From a virus (taxonomy: Duplodnaviria; Heunggongvirae; Uroviricota; Caudoviricetes), in IMG/VR virus record IMGVR_UViG_3300042691_036629, positions 117,500 through 171,766 of that record: a stretch of 54,267 nt of DNA. The stretch is one strand, 5' to 3'. Shown in pieces: positions 52,125 to 54,267 of this stretch; within the stretch, counting starts at the first letter, position 1, and each line of letters starts with the position of its first letter. The notes beneath the pieces are model-generated. The model ran no database searches and was not told the origin of the DNA. It was given only the letters and a program-made list of their open reading frames with translations. Position numbers and translations under genes: made by a program.

Positions 52125-52738
52125 ATTTTTGGTGTTAATTTTCTAAAGTCTGTTAGTACGTTATTATGTAATTGCTTAAATTCATTTTCTAATTCTTCCC
52201 AAGTCCAAATTTTACTCTTTATCTTATCCCAAATAAAGTTAGCACAAGTAAAATCATTTATTTTACCAGTTTCAACTATTTGTGAAGAAAACATTGGTAT
52301 TCTTAAAGAGTGATATAAAGATTTAACACCAATGTTGTATTCATCAGCAACTGTTAACTTCTTTTTACACTTTACCCAACTATTTGAACTAACATGAGAA
52401 GTAGCGTGTCTTAATTTTTTTAAATCTAATTTTAGATCAAACTTCATATCTTCTTTCAACTTGGCCCAATCTGGAGCAAAATAACATTCTAAGTTTTTTG
52501 GCATATGCCAGTCTAAGTCGGCTTTAAACTTATCAGGAGTGTAAATATGAATGTTATATAAATCAGTTTTAATTTCAATTGATTCAACTGAGTTCTTACC
52601 AACAATAACAACATCCCAATCAGAATTATCTGAATGAGTGCCGTAAATTCTACTACCAAATATTATCACATTTAATATTCGAGATTGATGTAAACCAGAA
52701 GCTTCTATAATATCATTCAAAATTTTATTCTCATCCAT
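52121..52738 (-). CDS. Pol-beta-superfamily nucleotidyltransferase
   Basis: IIFGSRIYGTH...SDWDVVIV (hG[GS]...DhD); TATATTTG at 52743-52750. Confidence 0.85.
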   Translation of the reverse strand: MDENKILNDIIEASGLHQSRILNVIIFGSRIYGTHSDNSDWDVVIVGKNSVESIEIKTDLYNIHIYTPDKFKADLDWHMPKNLECYFAPDWAKLKEDMKFDLKLDLKKLRHATSHVSSNSWVKCKKKLTVADEYNIGVKSLYHSLRIPMFSSQIVETGKINDFTCANFIWDKIKSKIWTWEELENEFKQLHNNVLTDFRKLTPKI

Positions 52739-52804
52739 ATAACAAATATATTAAAAATATTTAATATATATTATTTTGGCTTTAGATTTTTTATATATAA
52801 TAAC

Positions 52805-53599
52805 ATGAAATATACAATTAATGATACTAAATTTTTCCCAAAAACAAATGGGGTATATAAAATATCTTTCACCAACTCAATTAATGGAAAAGTTTATATA
52901 GGGAGTGCTTCTGGTGGATATGGATTTTATACTAGATGGAAATCACATATTTCAAGTTTAAAAAATAAAAAATCAGGAAATACAATATTGCAACTAGCAA
53001 CAAATAAATATGATTTAAGTAATATTATATTTGAAGTTTTGGAATTTTGTGAAAAGGATGATTGTCTAAATAGAGAACAGTTCTATATAGATAAATATAA
53101 CTCTTATAATTATGGGTATAATGGAAGACCAAAATCATCAAATAATGGTTGCTTACCAATGAAAAAAGTAACAAAAGATAAAATATCAGATAAATGGAAA
53201 ATAAAACGAGATTTTTATGTGGGTGAAGTTAGAAGATTGTATATTAATGAGAATAAAAATACTAGGGAAATATCAGATATTTTGAATATAAGTAGAACTT
53301 TTATTCAAAAAATATTCAAAGAGAATGAAATAGAACCTAGAAAAAATTTTGGTCTCCAAAAGGTAAGATTTTACCAATATAAAGACGGAATTTTAATAAA
53401 AGAATGGGATTCGATAAATGATTGTGTGATTAGAAATTCATTCAATTCTAATGGTATTAGAATTGTTTTAAATGGTCAATGTTTTTTTTACAAAAACTTT
53501 CATTTTAATTATTTAAAACTAGATGTAGATGAGATAAATAAATTAGAAAATGAATTTAAAATTAAATCAAAATGTAGAAAATATTATTATATTAACTAG
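52805..53599 (+). mobile_element. Free-standing GIY-YIG homing endonuclease
   Basis: GVYKI...NGKVYIGSA...RW..H...EQFYID....YN. Confidence 0.9.
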
Positions 53600-53844
53600 T
53601 CATTCCCATCTAATAATTTATTTAATTTAATATCTCTCATAATACTTGGATCTAAACTTTCTAAAATACCTTCTACACAATCTTGACAGATTATCATAAC
53701 ATGATTCTCCAATGTTCTTATACTAGCACATCTTACATTGTAAGAATCACAACCATCGCATATTTTGTTTTCTTCAACAAACATTAGTGATGCCTTTTCA
53801 ACTCTGGGTCTATCAATAAACTTATCTAAGTGTATTTTTCTCAT
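53596..53844 (-). CDS. C-tag Zn-finger-like protein
   Basis: CDGC...CQDC; ends RDIKLNKLLDGND. Confidence 0.75.
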   Translation of the reverse strand: MRKIHLDKFIDRPRVEKASLMFVEENKICDGCDSYNVRCASIRTLENHVMIICQDCVEGILESLDPSIMRDIKLNKLLDGND

Positions 53845-54170
53845 TAGTCTAATAAATTATTTAACTTCAACTCTCTTATAATTCTTAAATCAAAAATTAA
53901 GGTCTCATAAGTTGAATATTTATAAGTTTTACCACCATCATAAGAATAAGTATCATACTCTTTGTTATATTTAACAAGTGTATAGTCTAATGGTTTCAAT
54001 AACTTAAGCTTATAAAAACTACCATCACCTGGTATGTATATTACTTGAAAAGCATAGACACCATTATTTACTCTTCCTTCAATGTCATCTAATATTTCAT
54101 CGCTATATACTATACTACCCTTGATGAAAAAATTAGTAATTGTATCTCTTATGTAACTTTTTAGTGTCAT
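53844..54170 (-). CDS. C-tag hypothetical protein
   Basis: Ends RELKLNNLLD; TATCTTTG at 54190-54197. Confidence 0.75.
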   Translation of the reverse strand: MTLKSYIRDTITNFFIKGSIVYSDEILDDIEGRVNNGVYAFQVIYIPGDGSFYKLKLLKPLDYTLVKYNKEYDTYSYDGGKTYKYSTYETLIFDLRIIRELKLNNLLD

Positions 54171-54198
54171 TTTATTTTATTTTATTTTACAAAGATAA

Positions 54199-54228
54199 AA
54201 AAACCTCAGATAAATCCGAGGTTTTTTT
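54199..54228 (-). terminator. Intrinsic terminator
   Basis: AAAACCTCGGA-TTTA-TCTGAGGTTTT on - strand (G:U pair). Confidence 0.7.
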
Positions 54229-54267
54229 ATTAATTTAATTTTTCAAAAAAATCATCATCAGTATCAT

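Noticed and set aside
1-54267. Stop-codon reassignment as in some large Bacteroidota phages
   Set aside because: Code 11 gives dense, coupled ORFs; TAA, TGA and TAG all end genes at sensible places; no suppressor tRNA was found.

Overview
Very AT-rich, gene-dense segment of a large (jumbo-type) tailed phage, most likely infecting Bacteroidota: more than 20 TAnnTTTG (-7) promoter boxes, several with TTTG/TTG 19-20 nt upstream. Standard code 11. It holds about 145 mostly small CDS, mainly on the - strand, plus a tRNA cluster (47.6-50.6 kb), tRNA-like RNAs at 17.2 kb and three free-standing homing endonucleases. Recognisable genes: rnhA, FeoA, PspC, AtpZ/I-like, YdcH/DUF465, orphan Xre/MbcA/ParS antitoxin domain, nucleoside 2-deoxyribosyltransferase-like, Pol-beta nucleotidyltransferase, NUDIX-, GNAT-, CAP- and OmpA-like proteins, and a ppsA remnant. 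Four main unexplained signals. (1) About 65 otherwise unrelated proteins end in one C-terminal motif, R[DEN]xx[LI]xx[LIV][GL] ('C-tag'). (2) A separate set, mostly preceded by TAATATATA, starts with an MKxIKx[FW]xxFxE motif resembling the T4 capsid-targeting sequence ('N-tag'). (3) A leader-peptide attenuator rich in Tyr/Ala/Gly codons sits in front of a Tyr/Ala/Gly tRNA operon. (4) That operon includes a circularly permuted, anticodon-less tRNA-like RNA, a tRNA-Gly(ACC) and a class-II-shaped tRNA-Gly(TCC). 'KxIC family' below means small paralogues KxxC[IV]...LTxGKxY...NDxG. All counts and folds are by hand. Several 1-nt frameshifts suggest residual indel errors, so read-level checks are needed.
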